Below, piece after piece: positions 50,675 through 63,685 of a stretch of DNA of 64,000 nt. Location: NCBI GenBank assembly GCA_903813345.2, contig CAIIXF020000001.1:12400001-12464000 (forward strand). Reading direction: 5' to 3'. The DNA is from Owenia fusiformis (taxonomy: Eukaryota). A program made the translations under genes and the position numbers. Under the pieces are notes generated by a model. The model made no database searches. It was not told where the DNA came from and worked only from the letters and a program-made list of their open reading frames with translations. Each line of letters opens with the position of its first letter. Positions within the stretch are counted from its first letter, which is position 1.

Positions 50675-53600
50675 CTATTTGACACATTGAATTTTACACT
50701 CTGTTACGACCTTTGTGTTTCTACCAAGAACCCACGCGGAGAATTTCAAGATTTGGGGTCCTACTTCAGCACACTCTATAGTTGTTGTGTATTTTTTTCC
50801 TTTATCCAACCAGTTTGTCAGGCTCCCAGGGCTGTCTGTGGACGCTCCTTCTACATTCACCTTCATGTTTTTACTGGTTCCATCGATTCCATCCATCCTG
50901 TTAAAGGGAACTTTTCATAGGATTATCGGCGACAGAAATAATTTCTCAATAAAGATGGCAGTGTAGTCAATCTGTTCTGCATATCATCATTCTCCAAAAG
51001 AGAGAATACAATAGAATTCTACCACTGCTGCCATCTTTATATCAGACTAAAATATGGAATTTATATGATATTCTGATACAAGAACGGGAATTTGTGTTTC
51101 TTTTTTCAGCCTCTTACCATATGTGATACGTCAATGGTTTATCATTGGGACAGGGGTTTGTGAATCGATATTTAAAGTCAATTGCGAATGGAGCCTCTTG
51201 TCCCAATCGTACCAATCCTCTCTTGCCTTTACCACAGGATTTTAACTTTGCTTCAAATTCTGCGATGACGCAATCATCTGTAATAAAACAAATATTTACA
51301 TCTATTCCAACCACATACGTGAATTGTTTGCCCGGCAGATCCACCACCTTGGCTAGTGCAGTAAAACAACGCTGACAACATCCAGGAAACTGATGTGTGA
51401 GTAGCTTCAAGTTGAGACGTTTACTGAGGTTTTGTGTTTCTAACTTAGACTATGATCACTAAATACCTTTTGTGGTATCCAAGCAAACAGTCAACCCGTC
51501 CCCACTCCACTTCCCGTTCTCTAAACACGTCCTCTCCGAAACACCGGTTAGCAAGTAACCATCGTTGCACGTATACGTGATGGTATCTCCCGTTGCCCCT
51601 GTGTGTGCAGAGACTGACCCATGCATTGGGGGCTCCATCTTCGGACATCCAAATGCTGCATATTGAGATACGATTGCAATATTTAATAAAACGTACTCAA
51701 ATGACATACTAAGCTAATATAAAAAATAGGGAGGTAATGAGAAACACCTTTACTTTTTTCTTAGTGTACGTGAAAAAAGTGTACATTGAAAATCGTAAAA
51801 GAAATTGCAAGAGGTATCTGTACGTACAGCAGCCTAACTTCTCGTCACAGAAGTTCCCCAGATCCTTTCGTTTGCAAACGGTTGCGTCTCCAGAAAATAT
51901 ACAGAAGCGTTCCGCCCCGTCACACTTTGTCTCGCTCTGACAATTTGCCTTTTGTAATCCCCCGGATAACTCGAAGCATGGATCGCAAGTATATTTCACT
52001 GTACACACATCTTCTTTGCAGTCATATTTCATCTTTCCGTTCTCCGGGTCCGATGGAACGTGGCCTTTTGTCCCTGGATATAGTACACAACTTACATATG
52101 CTATGTCAATCGAATAGGTAAAAAATTCTCATTTTTGAGGATCTTTATTATTGGACGTTAAAAGGATTACCACCCCCTTCTAAATTCGTTTTTCCAGGTA
52201 CCGTATTAACTGTTTTCGGGTAAATGAATACTACGAAGGGGAGAAGTAATCCCCAGAAGATCATAATTTTATGTGTTCACGTCATTCCTCATGAAATATG
52301 TAGCCTCGCCACAACTTTCGAGAAAATCATTTTTAGGTGTTCTTTAACTGAATCTGGGAAATATGCTCCTGTAGAATTTACCTGGTTTTGGTCGACTTGT
52401 TGGCCTCGGGGTAGTTGCCGTGAGAACATTATTTGGGGTAGCTGGTGGTACGGTAGCGTACCTTTTGGGTTTTAGAGGCATAACCCAATTGGCGAACTCT
52501 CCAATGAAGTTTCCAGGGGGAGAATATTCACAACACACAACGTAAGTGTTCAGTCCTCCCTGAAGACCTTGACCCCACCCACACCCCAACTTGATGGATT
52601 CTGCCCATACGACCTAAAAATTGAAGAATGAAATGATTTTCCTTGGAGCATGTGCCCAGATGTATGTGGATAGTATCCTCAGTTTGTTTTAAGTGCAGAT
52701 AGTATCCTTAGTTTTTCGCATCACGATAAACCATGACATCTCATTTCTTCTCAGCCCTGAGTTTCAGGTGAAACAGAAAGATGCTATGAGTATCAGAATG
52801 AGTTTCTCGGGCTCGGCCTGGTTCTTTCGGACAATAAAGGAAGAGTCATCTACACCCCTCAATAAAGGACGATTCTCGGTTTGGAGAACGAAGTTCATCA
52901 ATATAAATGAGCATTATCCCTGCTTCGGACAAATTTGATTTTTTTTACATAATATAGAGTTGAAGGTCTTCTTTTGAATGGTCATAATTTAATTTGGGTA
53001 ATATTTCTAGATTTTTCGCAAAAAAATATTAGCGCAGTACACTTATGAACTTTTTTCCCCAAATCGAGACTTGTATTTTATTGAATCGGTCTAATTGATC
53101 GTTATCCCTGCTTCAGACCAATTTGTTATTTTTACATCTTGTAGATTTAAATGTCCTCTTTTGAATATTCATAGTTTAATTTGGGTAATATTTCTATATT
53201 TTTCATGAAAAAAATTATTAGCCCAGGAGACTGTTCTCCAAACCGAGAATCGTCCTTTGGCAACCGAAATTGGACGTCCGATTGTCAAGCTTTTCGAGGG
53301 GAGTGTAAGTGCAGAGCCAAGAGGAACATAGTATTTTAGCAGGAAGTTTTTTAACATCAATAACAATTTGCTGACCTGCAGACCACTTTTCCTTTCTTAT
53401 GATTACATTCAAATAAATTGAAGAAGCGATATGTCTATGAAAAATTGTTTTCAAGTCAGAATTACAAAATGTACATTTGATGACATTAAATTGGTTGAGA
53501 AATATTGAAATGGCAGACCAATTCCTAGATCTTAATGATCACCCTGTATCGTACACAGAAGTGCGTGGATATTACCAACCTGAGTAAAATGTCCGGTTCT

Positions 53601-55398
53601 TCTGTCAAACTTTGGGTTTCCGTACTTGTAACTACTTATTTCATCGTACCTACAATAAGTAACCGTATTTAGATTTGATTCAAAGATTTTTGGGATTACA
53701 TTGGGAAATCGTATTTATATTATATAATGCCTATGACAAATGGTGAGCGCATCAAAAATGTTGGAATTCATTTTATTTACAAGAATAGTGTAAACGGGAA
53801 AACATAAACAATTATCCATACAGCTTTCAACATCTTTTAAGAACATACTGTGTTTCAAGAGGGAAATATAGATTTATACATCTGATCAAATATCGAAGTC
53901 AGTGAACAAATGAAAAAAAATAAGATAAAGGAAAAATCAATACAGATATAAGGAACAAAATTAGGCCTTTTATTGCTCTTTTCAAAATATAAAATAAATT
54001 TAGTAAAGTGATTGGTTTATCATCTATTGTTTGAGATGGTTCACTCCGAGGACCATGACATTACTACAAACTGAAGAAACTCGTGTCAAATAAGTACATG
54101 TTCCTGTGAATGACTAGCTTTTACTTTTTTAGGTTCCCCATACTCACCAACTTTGTGTTGCTTCGGCCCCTAGGTTTTCCAATTCTGATAAGCGAAGTGG
54201 TACAACTTCTTTAATTTTGTATAAATTCTCCCCAGCTTCGTCAGGTCGAACTCTCCAATTTGAGTGATCTAATCTACAGAAACAATGGCCAGTTTGTTTT
54301 GTTTGTTGGTTTGTTTGTTTTGATATATTGATCGATTTCTTGATTGGTCGGATTGATTGATTCTTTGATGGATTTTTATCAATATATCAATAGGTCATTT
54401 ATTTGTATGTCTATCAATTTGTTTTTGTTTTTGTTTACTGGGATGACAATAAATATAAATTCTTTTAAAAATGAAGATATTGTTGTTTAAAGATATTTCA
54501 GATTGCATCACACACGCAGCATCGTTCTTTACTGCCAAAGAATCAATCAAACAATCAAACGGTCAGGAAAATACTGAATAGCTGATAATGCTTTATATAG
54601 TTTGAAATCGTCGTTTTAAATAACTACGTTTACGTCCGCATTGTTAATTGTTTTATTTGAATAATCCAATTAATGTAAATGATGTTAATACAAGAGAGTG
54701 TCACCTATTTTAATCAAAGTTTAAACAATATAAAGTAAATAAAATGGGATGTACCAACTAAATAACAATACGATTATACGTTAAACCAGGATGCTGGTCA
54801 TTATAACGTTTAGTATTGTATGATATGAATTATATTTTAAATTATTGTATACCGTATGTAGAACTAAATAATGAAACGACGACCCTTTGAACGAGGATAC
54901 TTTTCATCATACTTTTTATTATTGACTGATGTGAGTGTATATCGGAAATTCTTGGAATGAATCTCAGAATCTCGTTATTTAGCCCAAGGGAGTTACATTA
55001 AAATAATTTTTCATAAAGATAGACAAAAATATGATGTAGAAGAAAATTCCAAAATGACCGATATTATAGTAAAACAAAGCATTATTGTATATGTAAATGT
55101 AATTACAGATTTTTTATCAATAAACAAGTAATAAGTAGACATAGACTTGAAAAGGTATATAGGCTACTATTCAAAATCAAAATTTATTAACTTACGTATT
55201 TGTTGCTGCTAGATGTTCACACCATTTACTTGCAAAGTCAGCTAATTCAGTGTCCCATGTCATCGGAGGAGTTCCCACATGTAGAGCCCTTAATTGATTA
55301 TTTCTTAATAATGTCGCCTCTTCAAATGTTAAAGTATCTCCTAATATCAGCTGGCATAGAAAAATGTACAGACTCGTGATTTGTACATTAAAGTACAT
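50675..55398 (-). CDS. Secreted CAP (SCP/PR-1/CRISP) domain protein with Pro/Thr linker, two Sushi/CCP-like modules and an unrecognised C-terminal domain, 8 coding exons
   Basis: Exons 55398-55196, 54273-54148, 53649-53580, 52613-52382, 52100-51828, 51655-51467, 51352-51118, 50897-50675, all phase-consistent. Signal peptide MYFNVQITSLYIFLCQLILG. CAP motifs LRALH, WDTELA, DHS, GENLY, WYDE, GHFTQVVW, LGCG, CEYSPPGN. Sushi motif CPKMEPPMHG...YTCNDGY...RTCLENGKWSG...C. Confidence 0.9.
52864..53258. mobile_element. MITE with 26-bp TIRs and an internal ~190-bp direct repeat, in a CAP gene intron
   Basis: aaaggacgattctcggtttggagaac (52864-52889) / gttctccaaaccgagaatcgtccttt (53233-53258). ttatccctgcttc(g/a)gac... 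occurs at ~52914 and ~53102. Confidence 0.85.
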
Positions 55399-58300
55399 TT
55401 TCTGTCTTTGACATGCGTTTCTTGTACTCCTGAAACTGTACACATGAGTGCTTTTATTGAAGTGAGAAATGTAAATTGAATAGCATGCATATTTATCAAT
55501 AATATTACAAATATTTGACAGCAGCGCTTATACAAAGCATATCCACCGATGTATTTATCACAAATGTATTTACCTGTCCAGGGCAGTAAATGCTCAGCCT
55601 CCCCAATCCATCGGATAGACAAAATTTATCCTTCACGATCTTGGCAAATCAAAAGTTGACCAACTTAGCAACTCGTTGTCTTGACAGTTAATAAGAATAT
55701 TTTTCTCAAAACCTTTTAATCGACCTGGTAACTTTTTTAAAATACATCACTTTGTAAATTCGTTATCAATCATCTTATAAATATAAAAGACTTAAATAAT
55801 ATTGTGTTTCAAGACATCTCGATCTACGAAGGTTGTCCCAGAAATAGTGCATTAAGGTGCTCCAAATGACTAAATTGACAGATGGCTTTAATGCTTCAGT
55901 CACATTTGATCTACGGCAACCGTCTGGCGGGCGTAGCTTCCCAAAATCAAAAGAAATGTGCAGCGTGAAATAAAGGGTTAAGCAGTGCAATGTAGATTTT
56001 CTATATCAATTTTGTGACGGCCACCGAACGCCTACCGTAGAGCAAACGTGACCGAGGCTTTCGTTGGGATATTAACTTTCAATGTTAGGAAGTAAAATGA
56101 GAAAATGATTTTTCTCCAAAGAATCATACTGTTAAACCAGTGTATTCCTTCAGTCATAATGTATTTACTTTGTTAGATCAAGATACCAGAGAATATTGTT
56201 GACTGAAAATCCTAAGATAGTCTAATGCTAGGATTTTCAAAATGAGTCTTGCCAATAACCTACAAATTCCTTGTTCACTGCGTTTCTTGATTATCTTGAT
56301 GGCCAGAAAAGACTTTTTCCCTGGCCTTACCAATGTCCGTGACCTCCTTGCCCACGTGATGGAAATAAAATTGCCGTCTATGATTCCAGCATGAAACCTT
56401 TTTGGACACAATGAATATTTACCAGAAATGACAAATAGTAGGATTTACATAAATAAATCATCAGGTTTATTCACAAAAGGAATCCTTATCTACGAGCTTA
56501 TTCAATTTCTTTTTCTTAACAATTACATCTGCATAATCCGGATACTTCGCCTTTTAATTTAATCTCTTGTCGAAGCCAGAGATTATTCAATAAATAACGA
56601 ATTTAAAAAGTCATATTTCATTTAAATAAAAAAATATTTTCATACATCTAGTTAATGAGCCTAACGGATGAAAGAGCTTACCAGAGGACAAATGATGACC
56701 TTGCTACTGTTGGTATATAATGCAAAAATGTAATCCATTGTAAAGTGCAGATATAAGGAGATCAACTGTTTGATCGTCTGTCTGGAATTTGGAACTAAAT
56801 GGTATGACCTCAATAATAGTACTAATGAAATATTTTTGTAATTGGTCATCTTACAGACGATGTGATTATAAAGATCTGAAAGTTTTGTTTTAAAGAAAAA
56901 TTTGTTTTAGCGCCCTGTCGCCCATTTTCCACGTTGTACCAAGACAAGTCAGTGATGTAAGAACGTAGAAGATTTCGTGTTTTCGCTATTTTCTTCATTC
57001 ACGTTTGAATATCGTCGACGATTCATAGTCCAAATCCATACCTTATGTTAATCCTATCATTCAAAAATTAAAATCTGTCGTTGGCAATATGAAAGACATG
57101 TTATGGTGATCCACATCAAAATTAGCACATATATACGGGTCATTCAGGTAAAAACATTATTGTTGCTTAGACAAATGAAATATGGCAAAAGCAGAAGTGT
57201 TGTTTCAGTTTTAATTGACTGATGTTCAATCAGAAATCAGACACAACTGAAATGTTTTATAAAATTATGAGTTCAATCTTAAGTCAGATTTGAACTTCTG
57301 AGAACTTGTAGCTGATCTTGAAAAAACTTTGGTTATTTGAAGCAAGTATAAAAATACCTTTTTGACTTTGTGAGGGTCATTGAAGATAAAATCTCATATC
57401 TCAAGTCAGATTTGATTGGTCAATTTGAAGCAAGTTGAAAAAGGACCTTTTTGACCTTGAGAAGGTCAAATTTTAAATCTAAAGTCAGATTTGCAGTCAG
57501 ACTGCTGGTGAACTTGAACTTGTAGATGATATTGAAAAAACATTTGGTCAATTTGAAGACTGCATCATTTTTTGTAAAATTCAAACAAATCTTTCTTTGG
57601 CTCGATTATGCCACAATCGCACCCGCCCCCTGACTGGAAACCAATTTATTTGGCGATTGCACCCCCTGACTGAAAGCTGGCTTCACCCCTGCACAATGTC
57701 TGTTACATGTATTAATATCATAGAATCATATTACAGAATAAAATTATGTATTCACAATAAAAGCCACAAAGCGCTTATTTCATTGTTTATACTTTTATTT
57801 CAATATTGTCATATCATATAAAACCAACTGTGTATCAAAGTAAAATGCACTTTTATCATTAAACTATTAAAGTTATAAACATGATTAAAGACAATGCCTA
57901 CTTAACTTGAAATAAAACTGTCCATATTAAGTACAATAAACATTAGTTTCAAGTCAAAATTGGTTGAATATTAATGAATCAAAGCCACACGGATGTAAAT
58001 GTGTATTGCTTAAACTTTCCCTGAACAATTGTGTACTTTTTTATTTTATACATCTGTACATAGTGGAATGGAATCTAACTATACTTTTTAAACAGGGGGG
58101 GGGGGCTTTTATACAGTAAAACCACTACATGTGAACACTGTTCCCTATAAAGTGAACACTGTCAGCTCAATTGTGAATTGGCTGATCTAATATGTCTATG
58201 GGGAGCATCTCAAATAAACATGTCCTAAATCTTACTTTATGAATACTTTAAAGAGAGTGAATATAATCTCCACGCCAAAGTAAAGGATGACAAAGGGTGA

Positions 58301-59073
58301 CAAAAATCAAATAAGAATAGCACCACTGAACTGATATGACCTCATATCCATAGCCATTTCTTATCAAATGATGATTTATAATGGGAGATGATTTAAATTG
58401 TATCGTTAAAGAACTGTTTCATCACAACTACCCGTTTGAATACATTGAAAACACATGACATGCATCATTTAATATCTACTACTTATGAATTTGCATGGAA
58501 TCTAATATAATTATCATCTAGTACTATACAAAGATGACTAATAAAATAAGTTGTGGTATTTTTGTCGCCTTTTCTCATTCTTTACCATTTCTATTTCTGC
58601 TCACATTTTATTGGTTGATAAGGCAGGTAAGGGCAACACTTTTCCATGCATTTTTCAGAAATATATTCACTCAGACATGGATCTGTGAAAATGCACTTTA
58701 CCTCATTGTTTTTCAATTGCCACTGGCTTTTGGTTATTTTGTATGCCCTAGCTATTCCCTTGTATACATGTATAAGTTTCACTCTATGTACATTTCACTG
58801 AGAAACAGCACACTTTAGAACAAAGGATATATATTATATGATCATGTATAAACCCTGATAAAATAAGTAAAACCGATGGAAACGGAAGAGATTAGAAAAT
58901 ATTGGAAAATGTTCAAGTTGGTTTATTTATGAATGTATGCTTTGTAAATCACATATATTAAAGAAAAAATAATGCTTAAAATAATGCTTTGCTTGTTGTG
59001 ATAATATTGTTTGGAATCAATAATATTGTTTGGAATCACACATTCCAACTTTCATCCTATTCAAGATAACATA

Positions 59074-59753
59074 CAGTAAAACCTGTGTATATTGAACATT
59101 TTTTGCTGAGAAAATGCTCAGTGTTGGTAGGTAGGTGTTCACTAGAGAGAGGGAAATTTATATAGAAGTCAGTAGAGTATGTGCTGAGGAAAGGTAGACA
59201 GGTGTTCACTACAGAAATATGGTAATTTATACAGAAGTCAGTAGAGTATGTGCTGAGGAAGGGTATCCAGTAGAGACAGGTGTTCACTAGAGAGAGGTAT
59301 TCACTAGGGGTACCGCGAGCGCTCGAGTGCTCGAGCAATTCACCTCCGATACGAGCTGTATCGATACATAAAATGAATATCGGTCGTATCGTTTTTTGAA
59401 AAACTCAGAGGTTAGAGATGACAGACAGTCATAGTTACGTATCTTGCTTGCCGCCTTCGTTTGCCCCGATAGTTCCCGAATACCACACGTCGTTTAGATG
59501 TTTTAATCGATGTTAGCAATTAGCATATTTTACAACTTTCTTTGTCGTGATGTGAAATAAACGTAATCTGGCTGAAGTACTTCCGGCTTTACAAGTTTGA
59601 AAAATTAGCAAAGTTAAGTTTTACTTCAATTTACGCTGTATCATTGTATCGTATCGTTCGTATCGTATCGCGAGGTCAGTATCGTAGAAACGTATCGATA
59701 TTAAATTTATTATATCGTGGTACCCCTAGTATTCACTAACACAGGTTTTACTG
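59074..59753. mobile_element. Tc1/mariner-like MITE hosting a nested hAT MITE
   Basis: cagtaaaacctgtg (59074) ... cacaggttttactg (59753), with an internal duplicated agaagtcagtagagtatgtgctgagga. Confidence 0.8.
59305..59728. mobile_element. hAT-type MITE with intact 8-bp TSD
   Basis: TSD gtattcac at 59297-59304 and 59729-59736; TIRs taggggtacc(g/a)cga; subterminal gtatc repeats. Confidence 0.92.
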
Positions 59754-60469
59754 CAGTGAATAAATGAAGTATGAAATGCCACATTACATTGTAATTACTA
59801 ACAATACCATATTTCATCAGAGCTTCCATCATATTATATACATTCTCCAAATTGTTACTAAATAGAACTGTTATAACATGATGCTATATCTATTTCATTT
59901 CTACATACATATGTAGATATAAAACAGGGTTGCTAAATATCCTGTTATATTAACATATCAATATAATAAATCAGACAGGAATTATATTTTGGATAATTGT
60001 TTTTATTCCCTGGCTAAAGGACTTAACACTGTCTATATTTGGCAATTTTTTGTACAATCCCTCTTTAACAAAAAGGATGGATAGATTATGTACACTGTAT
60101 TGTAATGTATATTCTATTCACACAAACCTCTAAGTATCACATATATACCTCATTATCATTTTGAATAAGTTCTAAAATCACTCTTAGATAGTGTATAAGA
60201 AATTGTATTTGTACTGTCCCATATGTGCAAAATGGCTCATTTGGCATTGCATACACATGGAAATAATTAACAAGGCATTAATATGACAAAATGTCACCAC
60301 CTGGGTGCAATAACATGTATATAAGTGTAACCTGGCTTAGCTACAGATGCACCACACCACACCACAAATACCAAGGGATATTTAAATAGTGGCTTTAACA
60401 ATTCGACTATGCCAAACTGCTGTAATCTCCATAGACAGTGTGTATTTGAATTTTCCAGATCTTTCTCTG

Positions 60470-60856
60470 CCACTATAATACCATACATCTGTCACAAATA
60501 CTCTCTGTCACTATAACCTCATACCGGTCACTATAATATCATACCCCAGGTAGATAATATCATATTCATCTATAAGTATAAGTAAAATATCAAACATACA
60601 TATCATCTGTCAATGTACTCACAGATCTCTAACACTATAATCTCCCATATTTAAAATGTGTATGTACATCATATACTATAATATCACAGATCCATCACTA
60701 TAGTATCATACACACATATGTCGATATGATATCTGTGTCACTATAATATCATACTTGTCACTATAATATCATACCAAGGATACTATAATACCAGATCTCT
60801 CTCACTACAAGCTCACACATCTATCATAATATCATACCTCTGGTACTACAATCTCA
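60470..60856. repeat. Degenerate tandem repeat with core CACTATAATATCATAC, downstream of the FN3 stop codon
   Basis: Repeated cactataatatcatac / cactataatctc variants. Confidence 0.7.
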
Positions 60857-61066
60857 ACATTATATTTAAATTGCCAACCATTCACAATTGTCTATTCAAT
60901 CTGAACAAATCTTTCAGATTCCTGTTACTATGAAATATTTTGAATTCATGTATCAATATGCAGGACTCCATTGCATAATTGTCTATTCAATCTGAACAGA
61001 TTTATCAGATCTCAGTCCCTATAAATCATCATTCTGTAGGCCTATCACAATCTCTGTCTCCCAATC

Positions 61067-63685
61067 TCAGTATGCTGATCTCTGTGTTGAAAGTGTAGAC
61101 TGATTAGACATGTGGCATTCTCCAATCTGATTACAAGCAAGTATCAGGAAGCTATATTGAGTGTCTGGTTCCAGCCCAAACACCCTGTGCGTGTCTGTCT
61201 TGTACGTAGGGGTGCTTTTCCACACCTTTGTACCTGTGGACTCCCGATAGAGTAAATAGTGGGCGGTATCCTCGTTACTCTCTGGAGGACTGGGACTGAA
61301 GATCATTATTGAGGTAGTGAATGACTGACACATTGAACGCTCAATTTCAGGCACTGAAAATAGAGTAAAATAAATAATATGTGATATCTATAAAAACTAC
61401 AGAATCATATCAAGAAAACAAGGCCCTGTCTGATATTCAAATTTCAAATATTGAAATAAATAGACTACAGCCTTCAAGGATTTTGCTTTATCTGTGTTGA
61501 CCAAGAGTTCTCTAATACTGACTATATATAAGGGTTATGTACTAGGAGGTTTTGGATATGGGGTTTATCCAGAGGGAGATATGCATATCTACCTGAGGGA
61601 CCGTAGGGACCGAAAGTAGATGTGCATATCTCACGAGGGATGAACCCAATATCCAAACCGACCGTACATAACTGCTTTATCCTATACCAAGTAGAGTTTT
61701 CTAATTTTCTTTCAATTTTTTCCAATTTTTTTTTTATTTTTTCAATTTTTTCACATTTTTTCATTTTTTCTATTTTTTCGATTTTTCTTTCTTTTTTCAA
61801 TTTTTTATTTTTTTCACATTTTTCTCATTTTTTCTTTTTTTTCAATTTTTTCTTATTTTTCAAAAAAAAAATTCGAAGCGGGAAGATATGCCCTGGGGCG
61901 GGAGATATGGAGGTTCAGGATATGGAAACCTCAAAATCAGGATACGGGATATATCTTACCAACTTATCTCCCTAAAACTCTACTTGGCATAGGATAAATA
62001 GAGGATATCCTATGATTTATAAGTGATATGATTTTTATCCACGAATGGATATGATATCTGCACGAGCGAGCATAGCGAGAGAGTGCAGATATCAATATCC
62101 ATGAGTGGATTAAAATCATATCACGAGTAAATCATAGGATGTTCTTTTTATTCCATAGTTAAAGTCATCATCAGAATCGTCGGAAATTAAGCTATTTAAT
62201 TCGAATTTCCAAACGATCCGGCGATGTTGACACTTAGCCTCGTTTTGAGTCTGAAGTAGCAAAAATCCATAAACCATCGCATACGACGTCGTATGTCATG
62301 GCTGAAAAACCGTATGTTATGGTTAAGTGAAAATTTGTCAAAAATATCATATTTTACCACTGATTACAAAAATACCGTTTTTATTTTCACATGTTATCCT
62401 ATGAATATCATGCTAACTATGGAATAAATAGAGATTATCCTACACTTAGTGTACTAAATGTATAATAACATGAAATTATCCTATATGACGTTCAGGATAT
62501 TGGGATTATCCCGAGGCAAATATAATATATTTGCCCGAGGGCCGCAGGTCCCGAGGGAAAATATATTATATTGACCAAGGGATAATCCCAATATCCTGAA
62601 CCGACTATAGGATAATATGTTTATCCCATACCAATCTTGGTCATCTGGTTCACATTGTTCAATCGTGGAAACATTTTAGAATATTCATGTCCAGTTTTGT
62701 TTTCTTGGCCATGGGGGGACTTTCCTGTTCTCTCAAATATTCCCACATTTATTTTCTCGAATTTTTTGATTGATTAAGTGGATGCTCCTTCCCTTCTTTA
62801 AACCATCAAACAGATCCCGATAGTCTGTGTTTTCTCCATTGTCGTTTACAGTCATTACGCAAACGTTACAAATTATGAACAAATAAGCGAGCGGCGATTA
62901 TGACGTAGCGGGCAGATATACTATATCTGCCCGCTCGGAGCGGGACGTAAAGCTATATCTGCCCGCTGATGAAAATATAAGATTTTACAAACCGGCTTTA
63001 TGTACCTGTAACACGTCCAAGTATGGGATAAATCGAGTTATGTTTTTGTTATCATACCAAAAAAATATGCAATATCAAGTCATTGAATTACGCATGACCC
63101 AATCCAATTAGTGTAAAGTTAAATTCAATTCTCCTTCTAGTTTCATTCAGTGCATTTCTTCTTCCTCTCTGCAGACCCTTGAAATGACAACATTTTGTAT
63201 ATTCAAGAAACAAGGTACAGTAAAACCTGTCTAAGTGGAACAACAGTGGTACCTCTAAAAACGTTCCACTTAGGAATTATTCCACTTATAGAGGTTCATT
63301 AAACATTAAGTCAGTTGGTCTTGGGACTATGATGTGCAGTGTTCCACTAACAGAGGTGTTCTGCTTCTAGAGGTGTTCTACTTCACAGGTTTCACTGTGT
63401 GGAATACCCCAGAAAGTAGGAGGCAGGATTGCACCGAATGAAATGCTTGGAGATTAATTAAACTGGCAATTATGTACCTGGCACTCGACTCTGGTTTTTA
63501 GCCATAGTTGTACAGTTGATGATATCAGAGTTACAGCTGTCTCCCGCCCCATTGCTCGCCATGACGCAGAAATAATACAGTGTATCGCTCTCCAGGTTAT
63601 TCACAATGAGGCTGGTAGCAGTGTTGTGAGCCTGGCTGTAGCCAAACTTACGCTCTTCCAGAGGTGTCTTGAATGTAACAATCTC
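61067..63685 (-). CDS. 3' end (last two coding exons) of a fibronectin type III repeat protein; gene continues beyond the window
   Basis: Exon 63685-63478 (…NNLESDTLYYFCVMASNGAGDSCNS…) splices in phase 1 to exon 61353-61067 (…FGLEPDTQYSFLILACNQIGECHMS…TGA). Both carry the FN3 L-x-P/S-x-T-x-Y-x-F-x-V/I-x-A-x-N-x-x-G pattern. Confidence 0.88.
61528..61998 (+). mobile_element. Hairpin + split-IR element, copy A of the tandem cluster
   Basis: Palindrome 61534-61672, then tttatcctataccaagtagagtttt (61676-61700) pairing with aaaactctacttggcataggataaa (61974-61998). T-rich body. Confidence 0.8.
61995..62428 (+). mobile_element. Hairpin + split-IR element, copy B of the tandem cluster
   Basis: Palindrome ~61995-62150, then ttattccatagtta (62148-62161) pairing with taactatggaataa (62414-62427). 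Confidence 0.8.
62465..63032 (+). mobile_element. Hairpin + split-IR element, copy C of the tandem cluster
   Basis: Palindrome 62475-62616 with cccgagggccgcaggtcccgaggg apex, then tttatcccatac (62620-62631) pairing with gtatgggataaa (63021-63032). Confidence 0.8.
63218..63397. mobile_element. Tc1/mariner-like MITE
   Basis: ta|cagtaaaacctgt...acaggtttcactg|tg with internal (ag)tggaac/gttccact repeats. Confidence 0.7.

Noticed and set aside
61522-61975. Lys/Glu-rich and Phe-rich ORFs
   Set aside because: They arise from the T-rich low-complexity body of a repeat element.
63143-63178. Possible alternative terminal exon of the FN3 gene (tttcaag|GG TCT GCA GAG AGG AAG AAG AAA TGC ACT GAA TGA)
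   Set aside because: Phase-compatible but very short and with no independent support. The 63478->61353 splice already gives a complete FN3 repeat.
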